Of a stretch of DNA of 31,753 bases, positions 8,283-17,026 are shown piece after piece; position 1 is the first letter of the stretch, and each line of letters opens with the position of its first letter. A program made the translations under genes and the position numbers. Origin of the DNA: an uncultured Iamiaceae bacterium (GTDB lineage: Bacteria > Actinomycetota > Acidimicrobiia > Acidimicrobiales > SKKL01); contig CAZEFG010000003.1 in the NCBI GenBank assembly GCA_964511355.1, positions 1-31,753 on the forward strand, given 5' to 3'. The notes beneath the pieces are model-generated. The model saw only the letters and a program-made list of their open reading frames with translations. It made no database searches and was not told where the DNA came from.

Positions 8283-8945
8283 TCAGGTGTAGTACGGGTT
8301 GGTACCGGCGTCGTGGTCGGTGACGTCGACGATCTCGGTGACCTCGGGGATGGCCGCTCGGATCTGGGCCTCGATGCCCTGGCGCAGGGTCATGGCGCTG
8401 ACCGCGCAACCCTGGCAACCGCCTCCCATCGAGAGGAACACCTTGGTGTCCTCGACGCCGGCCAGCGTGGTGAAACCACCGTGGGCCGCGAGCATCGGGT
8501 TGACCGCCTGCTCGAGGAGCTGGGTCACCTTCTGGGCGATGTCGCCGTGAAGGTCGAGCTCGACCCCAGCGAGAGGATCGGGACGGTTGGGGTTGCGGAT
8601 GACCATGCCGCCCTGATCGGCGTTGGTGGGCAGGTCAAGGGTGGCGCCGCGCATCTTGTCGATGCTGTCGGCGGGAACCATCACCGTGAGCCCATCGGTG
8701 GTGACCACCGAATCGCCCTCGGCGGCCTCGGAGATCGACTCGAACGCGAGGTCGTAGGCGTACTCGACGCCGCTGGCACCCACCACCTCGATCCGCAGAC
8801 CCAAGGTCTCGGGATCTTCCTCGGCACTGCGGATCTCGAGCACCTTTTCGCGGGCCGAGTCGGTGACGGTGATGATGACATCGTCGCTGACGGTCGCCTC
8901 GTCGAGGTCGGTCTCGGGAACGGTCGTAGTGGTCTCAGCAGCCAT
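8283..8945 (-). CDS. nfuA: Fe-S cluster biogenesis protein NfuA-like (degenerate A-type carrier domain plus Nfu domain)
   Basis: N-domain ITVTDSAREKV..GLRIEV..YAYDLAF; C-domain VNPMLAAHGG..MGGGCQGC..TLRQGIE..PEV..IVDVTDH..GTNPYY. TAGTAT lies 7 nt upstream of ATG. Confidence 0.9.
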   Translation of the reverse strand: MAAETTTTVPETDLDEATVSDDVIITVTDSAREKVLEIRSAEEDPETLGLRIEVVGASGVEYAYDLAFESISEAAEGDSVVTTDGLTVMVPADSIDKMRGATLDLPTNADQGGMVIRNPNRPDPLAGVELDLHGDIAQKVTQLLEQAVNPMLAAHGGFTTLAGVEDTKVFLSMGGGCQGCAVSAMTLRQGIEAQIRAAIPEVTEIVDVTDHDAGTNPYYT

Positions 8946-9027
8946 GCTCCGAATACTACCGGCGAAGGTCGGTTTTTCACAGGGGTGACGACTCTGGAGG
9001 GTTCACCGTGGGCCTAGCATTCGGGAC

Positions 9028-9078
9028 GTGAGCGAATCCTCGGGTGCCGTCGTCACTGCCACCGTGCTCCGGATCTGA
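9028..9078 (+). CDS. Candidate leaderless 16-aa upstream ORF (MSESSGAVVTATVLRI)
   Basis: TAGCAT at 9015-9020, 7-nt spacer, GTG 9028, TGA 9076-9078, 5 nt before the MBOAT start. Confidence 0.3.
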   Translation: MSESSGAVVTATVLRI

Positions 9079-9083
9079 CCTGA

Positions 9084-10511
9084 GTGCTGTTCCCCACCGT
9101 CGCGTTCGCGCTGTTCTTCGTGGTGACCTTCGTCGCCAACTGGGTGCTGCGTCCCTTCGATCTGGCCTGGCGGCTGTTCATGCTGGGCGCCAGCCTGTAC
9201 TTCTACGCCTACTGGGACCTTCGCTTCGTCGCCCTGATCCTGGCGTCGATCGTGGTGAATCACCTCTTTGGTTCGGCCACGGTCAGAGCCCTCGCCTCCG
9301 ACGGGTCAAAGACCACCGCCAGCCGGGCCGTGGTCGCCACGGCGGTGGCGGTGAACCTCGGGGTCCTGGGCTTCTTCAAGTACTACGGATTCTTCGTCGA
9401 ATCGTTCATCTCGATGTCGGACCGGCTAGGGCTCGGTGTCACCCCACCGTTGCTCGAGATCATCCTCCCGGTCGGTATCTCGTTCTTCACCTTCCAGGCC
9501 ATGAGCTACGTGATCGATCTAGGCCGGGGCGAGATCAGGCCCATGTCCCTGCTCGATTTCGGAGTGTTCCTGGCGTTCTTTCCCCAGTTGGTGGCGGGGC
9601 CCATCGTGCGGCCTTCGGAGTTCGCCCCCCAGCTTGAGAACCGGCCCGACCCTCGCCACGTACGCATGCCAGAAGCGTTCCGGCTCATTTTTCGTGGTCT
9701 GTTCAAGAAGGTCGTGATCTCGAGCTTCATGGCCACCAACATCGTCGACCCGGTGTTCGCCAACCCGGGTGAGTTCAGTGCTCTCGAGAACCTGTTCGCG
9801 GTCTATGGCTACGCCATCCAGATCTACGCCGACTTCAGCGGTTACACCGACATCGCCATCGGATGCGCCCTCCTCCTCGGCTTCCGGTTCCCCCAGAACT
9901 TCGACAACCCCTATCGCTCGTTGTCGATCCAGGAGTTCTGGCGCCGCTGGCACATGACGTTGTCGCGCTGGCTACGCGACTACCTCTACATCCCCCTCGG
10001 CGGCAACCGGGGCTCCACCGGATTCGTCTACCGCAACCTGTTTCTGACCATGCTCCTCGGCGGCTTGTGGCACGGCGCCGCTTGGACCTTCATCGTGTGG
10101 GGAGCGCTGCACGGCACCTACCTGGTGGCCGAACGGATAGTGCGCCAGGGCTGGCAGTCACGGGGCTTTCCTCCAGCGGTGGTCGCCGCCGGCAAGTGGC
10201 TGCTCACTTTCCACCTCGTGTGCTTTGCCTGGATCTTCTTCCGGGCCGAGACCTTCTCGTTGGCGCTTGATGTGGTGGGCCAAATCGCTACCGCCGGCGG
10301 CACCGGGCCGCTCGTGACCCCACTGCTCGTCGCCACCATCGCGGCCAGTCTCGCCGTCCAGTTCATGCCCGCCCAGGTGGCTCGCACCGGCGAGCGGGTG
10401 CTGGCGGCGACTCCCCTCGCGGTCTATGCCATGGCCACGGCGGTGGGCCTGGCGGCCATCGATGCCTTCGGCCCCGAAGGCGTCGCACCCTTCATCTATT
10501 TCCAGTTCTAG
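9084..10511 (+). CDS. MBOAT family O-acyltransferase (AlgI/PatA/DltB-like)
   Basis: MLFPT..F, LPVGISFFTFQAMSYVID, FFPQLVAGPIVR, YADFSGYTDIAIG, EFWRRWHMTLSRWLRDYLYIPLGG, GLWHGAAWTF. Confidence 0.96.
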   Translation: MLFPTVAFALFFVVTFVANWVLRPFDLAWRLFMLGASLYFYAYWDLRFVALILASIVVNHLFGSATVRALASDGSKTTASRAVVATAVAVNLGVLGFFKYYGFFVESFISMSDRLGLGVTPPLLEIILPVGISFFTFQAMSYVIDLGRGEIRPMSLLDFGVFLAFFPQLVAGPIVRPSEFAPQLENRPDPRHVRMPEAFRLIFRGLFKKVVISSFMATNIVDPVFANPGEFSALENLFAVYGYAIQIYADFSGYTDIAIGCALLLGFRFPQNFDNPYRSLSIQEFWRRWHMTLSRWLRDYLYIPLGGNRGSTGFVYRNLFLTMLLGGLWHGAAWTFIVWGALHGTYLVAERIVRQGWQSRGFPPAVVAAGKWLLTFHLVCFAWIFFRAETFSLALDVVGQIATAGGTGPLVTPLLVATIAASLAVQFMPAQVARTGERVLAATPLAVYAMATAVGLAAIDAFGPEGVAPFIYFQF

Positions 10512-10520
10512 TTCTAGTTC
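10504..10520 (+). repeat. Short tandem repeat AGTTCT (about 2.8 copies) spanning the MBOAT stop codon
   Basis: AGTTCT AGTTCT AGTTC read directly at 10504-10520. Confidence 0.8.
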
Positions 10521-10524
10521 CGAA

Positions 10525-10541
10525 GGCCACGTTCCGTGGCC
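10525..10541. terminator. Small hairpin GGCCACG-TTC-CGTGGCC between convergent genes; possible terminator
   Basis: 7-bp perfect stem, 3-nt loop, no U-tract. Confidence 0.3.
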
Positions 10542-10641
10542 ATTGCTCACGACCGGGCCGACGCTCTCGACGAGCATTGCCTTGGCCAGCCGACGGATCG
10601 TCGGGATCATCAATGGGCCGGCGGTTTTCGGGTAGGTCCCA

Positions 10642-11352
10642 CTAGGTGACCGTGTCGGTAGCGTCAGTACGCGATCTCCACGTACGCGCGAGCTGACCAT
10701 CGGGCGCTCGGATAACCTCGGCGAGAAGGTCTCGTTCTGTGGGGGGAACGATAACTTCGCTGTCAGCAAACTCTTCCTTGATGCTCTCGTGCGCAGCATG
10801 GACCCCTCCGGCGATATGCCCGGAGCAGTCCCAGGCGAATGTCACTCGGCCATCGTGGTCAAAGAACGCCACATCCTGTATGCGGGACTCGCCGCCCTCA
10901 TTCTGGCGAACGGAAATCCACACCTCCGCACCACGTTCCAGCGCAGCCTGCATCGGTTCGCCCAAGACCGCCGATACCGTCGCCTGTTCCACCATGACGC
11001 CACTCAAAGCACGTCCTTGAATATTTACGACGACGTAGGGGCCCCTGCCGGAGGGATCGGATCGCTGTCTCGCCGCCTCGGCCAAATCCTTAGGAACCCC
11101 AGGTGCATCATCCGTCAGCAACTGTGCATCCTCCACAACCCACCAGTTCGTCCCGGCAGCGAAGTAGCCGTAGGTATCTCTTGGTGAGACATATGGAGGG
11201 CAATCCTCTTTATCTCCACCCAGGCCCTGGACCTCGGAACCCCCCACCCCGCAAGCACTGGTGACTAATGCGAGCCCGGTGACTACTAAAAAGGCTCGGA
11301 GGCACCATTGGCCGCTACTGAGGATGCGATTCGCGAGATTGGCGATGCTCAT
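10642..11352 (-). CDS. Hypothetical lipoprotein on a lower-GC insert
   Basis: 236-aa ORF with protein-like composition, hydrophobic stretch FLVVTGLALV and lipobox TSAC (Cys34). Hand-counted GC 34/60 (10861-10920) and 29/60 (11161-11220) versus 42/60 in both flanks. Confidence 0.75.
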   Translation of the reverse strand: MSIANLANRILSSGQWCLRAFLVVTGLALVTSACGVGGSEVQGLGGDKEDCPPYVSPRDTYGYFAAGTNWWVVEDAQLLTDDAPGVPKDLAEAARQRSDPSGRGPYVVVNIQGRALSGVMVEQATVSAVLGEPMQAALERGAEVWISVRQNEGGESRIQDVAFFDHDGRVTFAWDCSGHIAGGVHAAHESIKEEFADSEVIVPPTERDLLAEVIRAPDGQLARTWRSRTDATDTVT

Positions 11353-11432
11353 CCCCAGTGCCTCGCTTCATCAACTTGGATCGGAGCCCAGTTGCCGTTG
11401 CTCTGAAACTTCGTAGTGCTGTAGGTCCTCAC
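11349..11432 (-). CDS. Candidate 27-aa bridging ORF or gene remnant (MRTYSTTKFQSNGNWAPIQVDEARHWG)
   Basis: Its GTG (11432-11430) overlaps the DUF459 stop (GTGA) and its TGA (11351-11349) overlaps the lipoprotein ATG (ATGA). Confidence 0.4.
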   Translation of the reverse strand: MRTYSTTKFQSNGNWAPIQVDEARHWG

Positions 11433-12547
11433 CTGGACGTCGACGCCGTTGGTAGAGGGAGGTTGGCGTCGGCTTCGATGAGGTCGAGGACTCGGCGCGC
11501 CAGCAGGTCGCCGCCAGGGCGGGACAGGTGGATGCCATCGCCCTGGCGCAGGTCCTGCACCGTGCCGTCGACACCCGGAAGGAAGGCCTCGTAGGCCCCG
11601 GCCGAGTTGGCGAACATCGAGTAGGTGTCGACGTAGTGGATCCAGGGCCGGGTAGCCGCTTCTTCCTGATAGATCGTGTTGAGGGTGGCCATGCGCTCGG
11701 AGAACGAGGCGCTGCGCATGATGGGCTGGCCCACCCAATAGACCAGACGGTCGCCGTCGGGGTCCCGCAGGAGATCCATGGTGCCCGCCACCCGACGGCG
11801 GTAGTCGGCGATCCAGCCTTCTTCGCCCGGCTGGAAGATCTCGCCTTCGGGGGTTTCCAGCCCTTGGGAGTCGTTGGCCCCGAACATGATCACCACCGCT
11901 TCGGGGTCGAGCCGTTCCATCTCTGAGTGGAGGTGAGCCGGCCAGTTGAAGAAGTCGGGCCGGGTCAGACCCGTGGATATCCGGTAGTCGAGGGTGCTGG
12001 TCATGAGGTCGGTCTGGCCGATGAACGACACCAGCGATTGGCCGAACACCTGCGACATGGAGTCGCCGCCCACCCACACCCGCAAAGGGGACTCAGCGGT
12101 AGGGGTCCTCAGCTCAGGAGGAGGAGGCGCGGTCGTCGTGGTGGTCGAGGTCGTGGGGGCGGTGGAATCGTCGCCGTCGGCGGGCGACTTCGGGTCGTCG
12201 TCGTCGGAACCAGACCCGTCGGACCCAGGAGAGTCTTCGGGGCCAGCCGCCACCGGGGGGAACTCGAAGTCGCTGTCGCCGCGGCCGTCGGCCCGACCGG
12301 TGAGATCGTCGACCCACTGACGGGGCCGGTTGAGGTGAAGGAAATGGCTCACGTCCTGCACGGGCTCCCACACCGCCAGCGAGAGGTCGCGCGACCAACC
12401 AAAGGGCTTGCGCTCAGCTCGTTCGACCAGGCTGTCGGCATTGACCAACGCGGCGAGCACCAAGCCGATGACGACCACGAGAAGCACCCGACCCGCGGGG
12501 ACGGTAGAACCCTTTGGTGGGATCGGTTCGCCGAGCTCAGTGGACAC
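11429..12547 (-). CDS. DUF459 / SGNH-GDSL hydrolase-family protein with N-terminal membrane anchor
   Basis: Block I GGDSM, block II GLTRPDFFNWP, block III MFGANDSQ, block V DGIHLS; N-terminal TM and Thr/Pro/Asp-rich linker. Start placed at GTG 12547 (TAGGCT 8 nt upstream); the track start 12589 is an alternative. Confidence 0.9.
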   Translation of the reverse strand: MSTELGEPIPPKGSTVPAGRVLLVVVIGLVLAALVNADSLVERAERKPFGWSRDLSLAVWEPVQDVSHFLHLNRPRQWVDDLTGRADGRGDSDFEFPPVAAGPEDSPGSDGSGSDDDDPKSPADGDDSTAPTTSTTTTTAPPPPELRTPTAESPLRVWVGGDSMSQVFGQSLVSFIGQTDLMTSTLDYRISTGLTRPDFFNWPAHLHSEMERLDPEAVVIMFGANDSQGLETPEGEIFQPGEEGWIADYRRRVAGTMDLLRDPDGDRLVYWVGQPIMRSASFSERMATLNTIYQEEAATRPWIHYVDTYSMFANSAGAYEAFLPGVDGTVQDLRQGDGIHLSRPGGDLLARRVLDLIEADANLPLPTASTSR

Positions 12548-12659
12548 CGCGCAGGAGCCTACCGGTAGGGGCTCAGGCGCCAGCCGCACCCCTGCGAACG
12601 GCGGTGAACCAGCCGATGGTGGGGTTGTAGGGCGCCCGATCGCTACCCAGGCGGTTGAG

Positions 12660-14057
12660 TCACAGGGGTGAGTGGATCACCACCAGACGGCGCTCGGTCA
12701 TCTCATCGACAGCGTAGGCCGGGCCCTCCCGGGTGTTGCCGGAGTCACGCACACCCCCGTAGGGCATCTGGTCGGCCCGCCAGGTGGGCACCTCGTTCAC
12801 GGTGACCCCTCCGAAGTCGAGGGTGCGGGCCGCCCTGAGAGCAGCGTCGAGGTCGGCGGTGAAGATGCCGGCCTGAAGGCCGTAGTCGGTGGCGTTGGCC
12901 TGGGACAGCGCATCGGTCAGGTCGCGGTAGGTGGCCACCCCGACCACGGGGCCGAACACCTCCCGGGCGCTCACCTTCATGTGCGGGGCCACATCGGCCA
13001 GCACCGTGGGCATGAGCATTGCCCGACCCTCGGAGGCGGCGCTGCGGGTTCCGCCGGTGACCAACGACGCCCCGGCCTCGACCGCCTCGTCGACCCATTC
13101 CTTTACCCGCTCGGTCTCGGATTCGTTGATCAAGGCGCTCAGGTGGGTGGCCTCGTCGGCCGGGTCCCCGACGACCAGCTTGGCCACCTCTTCACCCAGG
13201 CGCTCGGTGAAGTCGTTGGCGATGTCGACATGGACATAGACGCGTTGGGTCGAGATGCACGACTGACCGGCGTAGGAATTGCCGGCGGCGGCGATCTTGG
13301 CCGCCGCGGTCGCCCAATCGGCGTCGGGCTCGATGATCACCGGCGTGTTGTTCCCCAGCTCGAGACCAACCTTCTTCTTCGGTGCCCGTTGACGAATCCC
13401 CCACCCCACCTCGGGCGACCCGGTGAAGCTCACCAACGCCACATCGGGGTTCTCGACCAGGCGGTTGGTTGCCGCTCCCGAACACGTCACCACCTGCAGC
13501 CAACCCTCCGGTAGGCCGCATTCGTCAACCAACAGGTCGGCGAGAGCCAGGGCGGTCAGCGGGGTGGCCGAGGCCGGCTTGAGCACGATCGGGCAACCGG
13601 CAGCGATGGCCGGAGCGACCTTGTGGGCCACCAGGTTCAACGGAAAGTTGAACGGGGAGATCCCGAGCACCACTCCGATCGGGACACGAAGGACAAAACC
13701 CAGCTTCGCCTCCCCCGCCGAACTGGCGTCCATCGGCACCATCTCGCCGGTGTGGGTGCGGGCCACGGCGGCGGCGAAACGAAAGGTGTCAACCGCCCGG
13801 GCCACCTCGGCCCGGGCCGTGGTGATCGGCTTGGCCGCCTCGGCTGACAAGACGCTTGCGAAGCGGTCAGGATCGGCGGCGATCCCAGCCGCCGCCCGGT
13901 CGAGAATCTCGGCCCGCTCGTGGGCGGGCATGACCGGCCCCTTGTGCAGCGCGGCCGCCTTGGCCACCGCTCGGTCGAGTTGTTCCGGCGCCATGGCAGG
14001 GACCTGGCCCAACTCACGTCCGTCGTAGGGGGAGGTGACGGTGATGGTGTCGCTCAT
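12660..14057 (-). CDS. NAD(P)-dependent aldehyde dehydrogenase family protein
   Basis: ISPFNFPLNLVAHKVAPAIAAGCPIVLKPA, FTGS, LELGNN, GQSCIS (catalytic Cys), EVFGPV, PYGGVRDSG; GGAAGGA RBS. Confidence 0.96.
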   Translation of the reverse strand: MSDTITVTSPYDGRELGQVPAMAPEQLDRAVAKAAALHKGPVMPAHERAEILDRAAAGIAADPDRFASVLSAEAAKPITTARAEVARAVDTFRFAAAVARTHTGEMVPMDASSAGEAKLGFVLRVPIGVVLGISPFNFPLNLVAHKVAPAIAAGCPIVLKPASATPLTALALADLLVDECGLPEGWLQVVTCSGAATNRLVENPDVALVSFTGSPEVGWGIRQRAPKKKVGLELGNNTPVIIEPDADWATAAAKIAAAGNSYAGQSCISTQRVYVHVDIANDFTERLGEEVAKLVVGDPADEATHLSALINESETERVKEWVDEAVEAGASLVTGGTRSAASEGRAMLMPTVLADVAPHMKVSAREVFGPVVGVATYRDLTDALSQANATDYGLQAGIFTADLDAALRAARTLDFGGVTVNEVPTWRADQMPYGGVRDSGNTREGPAYAVDEMTERRLVVIHSPL

Positions 14058-14129
14058 GGGTCCTTCCTACCCCGCCGAACCCCAGCCGACGAGGACGACC
14101 CTCAGGCATTCATCTCGTAGAGTCCGACC

Positions 14130-15203
14130 GTGAGACTCCCTGATTCCATGCCCGCGGCACCCGAGGCGTCATTCGCCAGCGACAACACCGCCGGGGTGGC
14201 CCCCGAGGTGATGGAAGCACTCGTCGCCGCCAACACACCAGCGGCGATGGCCTACGGGGCCGACAGGTGGAGCGCTCAACTGACCGAAAGGTTCACCGAA
14301 CTGCTGAACCAGCCGGTCGAGGTGTTGACCTGCTGGGGCGGAACCGGCGCGAACGTGGTGGGGTTGGCCTCGATCCTTCAGCCATGGCAGGCCGTGATCT
14401 GCACCGAGTCGGCGCACATCGTCACCGACGAATGCGGGGCCCCGGCCCGCTTCACGGGGTCGATGTTCCTGACCGAACCATCCCCCGACGGGAAGCTGTC
14501 GCCCGGCGCGATCGATCGCCGGGCTGAGTGGTTGGGCAGCCAGCACCATCCCCAACCGGGCGTCGTGTCGATCAGCCAGGCGACCGAACTCGGGACGGTC
14601 TACACCGCCGACGAGATCGGAGCCCTCGCCGAGCGGGCCCATGCCAGCGGGATGCTCCTGCATGTCGACGGGGCGCGGATCGCCAACGCTCTGGTCGCGA
14701 CCGGCACCGATCTGGCGACCATGGTGGCCGACACCGGCGTCGACGTCCTGACGTGGGGAGCCACCAAGAACGGGGCCATGTACGGCGAGGCAGTCCTGTA
14801 CCTGCGCCCCGAGCTCGCCACCAACGCCCGCTTCGTGAGAAAGCAGGCTGGCCAGCTCCCCTCCAAGACGAGGTTCGTGGCGGTGCAGATGCTGGCGTTG
14901 CTCGACGACGACCGTTGGCTGAACCAGGCCGCCCACGCCAACGCCATGGCCGCGGCCCTGGCCGAGCGGGCCGGACGCATCGATGGGGTCGAGCTGGTGG
15001 GGCAGCCTCAAGCCAACGCCGTTTTCGTACGACTACCCCGCGCCTGCATCGAGCTGCTGCAGGAATGGTCGTTCTTCTGGTACTGGGACCGAGCCACCAA
15101 CACCGTTCGGTGGATGACCCATGTCGCCACCACCGCCGACGATGTCGACCGCTTCGTCGCCGGAGTCGAAGCCGCCCTGCGATTCCACGACCCCGGCCGT
15201 TAG
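14130..15203 (+). CDS. ltaE: Low-specificity L-threonine aldolase (PLP-dependent beta-eliminating lyase family)
   Basis: FASDNTAG, GGTGANV, ISQATELGTVY, LHVDGARIANA, GATKNG (PLP Lys). TAGAGT 6 nt upstream supports GTG 14130. Confidence 0.92.
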   Translation: MRLPDSMPAAPEASFASDNTAGVAPEVMEALVAANTPAAMAYGADRWSAQLTERFTELLNQPVEVLTCWGGTGANVVGLASILQPWQAVICTESAHIVTDECGAPARFTGSMFLTEPSPDGKLSPGAIDRRAEWLGSQHHPQPGVVSISQATELGTVYTADEIGALAERAHASGMLLHVDGARIANALVATGTDLATMVADTGVDVLTWGATKNGAMYGEAVLYLRPELATNARFVRKQAGQLPSKTRFVAVQMLALLDDDRWLNQAAHANAMAAALAERAGRIDGVELVGQPQANAVFVRLPRACIELLQEWSFFWYWDRATNTVRWMTHVATTADDVDRFVAGVEAALRFHDPGR

Positions 15204-15219
15204 CCGCTCCACTGCGGGG

Positions 15220-16977
15220 TCAGCCGTCGAGTTCCTCGGACAGCTCGAGCCATCGGTCCTCGGCTTGTCTCCTCGCGTGGTCGACCTCGGCCAACTCGGC
15301 CCCGAGGCGAGCCAGTTCCTCGTGGTCCGAACCAGCCGCTGCCACCTCGGCGGTGAGCTTTTCGTGCCGGGTTTCGAGTCGGGCCACCTCCCGCTCGGCG
15401 GCCTGCAGTTCCCGGCGGACGGTCGAGCGAGAACGCCGGTTCTCGCCCGACGAGGTGTTGGTGCCGGGCTTCGCACCGCGGGCGTGCTTTGCGGTCGGAG
15501 CGCCTTTCGCCGCCTGGCCGGGCTGGCGCGCCGCCCGCCGTTCCTCCTCCCACGCCGCATAACCCCCCGGGCGTCGACCGGCCCGGCCCGCTCCGTCGAG
15601 GATGATCACGTCGGCAACCGTGCGCTCCAGGAACGCTCGGTCGTGGCTCACCACCACCAGGGCGCCGGGCCAGTCGTCGAGGAAGTCCTCCAGTGTGCGC
15701 AACGTGTCGAGATCGAGATCGTTGGTGGGCTCATCGAGCAGTAGGACGTTGGGCTTGGCCGCCAGCACCGTGAGCAGCTGAAGACGTCGGCGCTCGCCGC
15801 CCGACAACAACTCGACGGGGGCCCACTGGGCGTCGGAGTCGAACCAGAACGCTTCGAGCAACCGGGCGTCGGTCCAGTCAGGCTCACGATGAGGGCCAGC
15901 CACCACCTCACGGACGCGAGCGGTTGGATCGAGCTGGCGGGTGAGCTGGTCGTAGTAGCCGAGCTGCACCGTCGTGCCCACCTCGACCGCACCCTCGACC
16001 GGCTCGATCCGTCCAGCGATTATGTCGAGGAGCGTCGACTTGCCCGTGCCGTTCACCCCCACCACTCCCAGGCGCTCGCGCCGGTCGAGAGCCAGATCGA
16101 CCCCCCGGAACAACCACGGTTCGCTTCCGAACCGGTGACCGACCCCGTGCAGATCGACCACCTTGTCGCCCAGACGGGGAGTACCCATGTGTAGGTCGAG
16201 GTCACCAGCACGGGCCGCGGCCTGCGCCCGCCCTTCGACCAAGGCGGTGGCGGCCTCGATGCGAGCCTTGGGTTTGCGGGTCCGGGCCGGAGCGCCGCGC
16301 CTCAGCCAGGCCAGCTCGGTCCGGGCCAGGTTCTTGCGGACTGCTTCGGCGGTGGTGGCCCGCTCCTCGCGCTCGGCCCTGGCTTCGAGATAGCCGGCGT
16401 AGCCCCCGTCGTGGACATATCCGGAGCCCCGGTCGAGCTCGAGGATGCGGGTGGTGACCCGGTCGAGAACGTGGCGGTCGTGGGTCACCATCACCAGGCC
16501 CCCGGCGAAGCGGGCCAGACGGTCCTCCAACCAGGCGATGCCGTCGATGTCGAGGTGGTTGGTGGGCTCGTCGAGAATCAACAGGTCGCACTCGGTCACC
16601 AGGGCCCGGGCCAGGGCCACCCGCTTGCGCTGCCCACCTGAGAGCTGGTCGATGGGCCTGTCGGCGTGAGCGCCCATGCCGACCCGGTCGAGCACGGCGG
16701 CGGCCTCCCACGAATCGCCGACCGCTTCCAGCGCGGTACCGGCAGGCAGCGCCGCCTCCTGGTCGAGCATCGCCACCCGGGCGCCCCGCCCCCGACGGAT
16801 CGTGCCGCTCTCGGGCTCCTGGAGACCGGCCAGCACCCGCAACAGCGTCGACTTGCCGGTGCCGTTGAGGCCGACGACACCGAGGCGATCGCCGGTCGAG
16901 ACCGTGACCGAGAGGTCGTCGAAGAGGGGGCGACCGGGGCGATGAAGCGAGATGCGGTCGCAGTCGACGAGGATCAC
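15220..16977 (-). CDS. ABC-F family ATP-binding protein (Uup-like, with C-terminal coiled coil)
   Basis: Two ABC domains (GLNGTGKST/LSGGQRKR/LDEPTNHLD and GVNGTGKST/LSGGERRR/LDEPTNDLD), no TM, linker ELAWLRRGAPARTRKPKARI, C-terminal coiled coil. Start placed at GTG 16977 (TACCGT 7 nt upstream). Confidence 0.93.
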   Translation of the reverse strand: MILVDCDRISLHRPGRPLFDDLSVTVSTGDRLGVVGLNGTGKSTLLRVLAGLQEPESGTIRRGRGARVAMLDQEAALPAGTALEAVGDSWEAAAVLDRVGMGAHADRPIDQLSGGQRKRVALARALVTECDLLILDEPTNHLDIDGIAWLEDRLARFAGGLVMVTHDRHVLDRVTTRILELDRGSGYVHDGGYAGYLEARAEREERATTAEAVRKNLARTELAWLRRGAPARTRKPKARIEAATALVEGRAQAAARAGDLDLHMGTPRLGDKVVDLHGVGHRFGSEPWLFRGVDLALDRRERLGVVGVNGTGKSTLLDIIAGRIEPVEGAVEVGTTVQLGYYDQLTRQLDPTARVREVVAGPHREPDWTDARLLEAFWFDSDAQWAPVELLSGGERRRLQLLTVLAAKPNVLLLDEPTNDLDLDTLRTLEDFLDDWPGALVVVSHDRAFLERTVADVIILDGAGRAGRRPGGYAAWEEERRAARQPGQAAKGAPTAKHARGAKPGTNTSSGENRRSRSTVRRELQAAEREVARLETRHEKLTAEVAAAGSDHEELARLGAELAEVDHARRQAEDRWLELSEELDG

Positions 16978-17026
16978 GGGGCGCACGGTAGTTGAGCCCG
17001 GGTGGAAGCCCTACGCTCGGTCGTCC

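Noticed and set aside
10158-10799. Minus-strand 213-aa ORF spanning the left part of the insert (includes MIPTIRRLAKAMLVESVGP)
   Set aside because: Overlaps the lipoprotein out of frame and runs antisense into MBOAT; its ELELELE run is just the AGTTCT repeat. It could hide a second gene stub, but I have no support.
10504-11470. Treating the insert as a transposon with a target-site duplication
   Set aside because: The AGTTCT repeat occurs only at the left junction; there is no matching copy or terminal inverted repeat on the right and no mobility gene.
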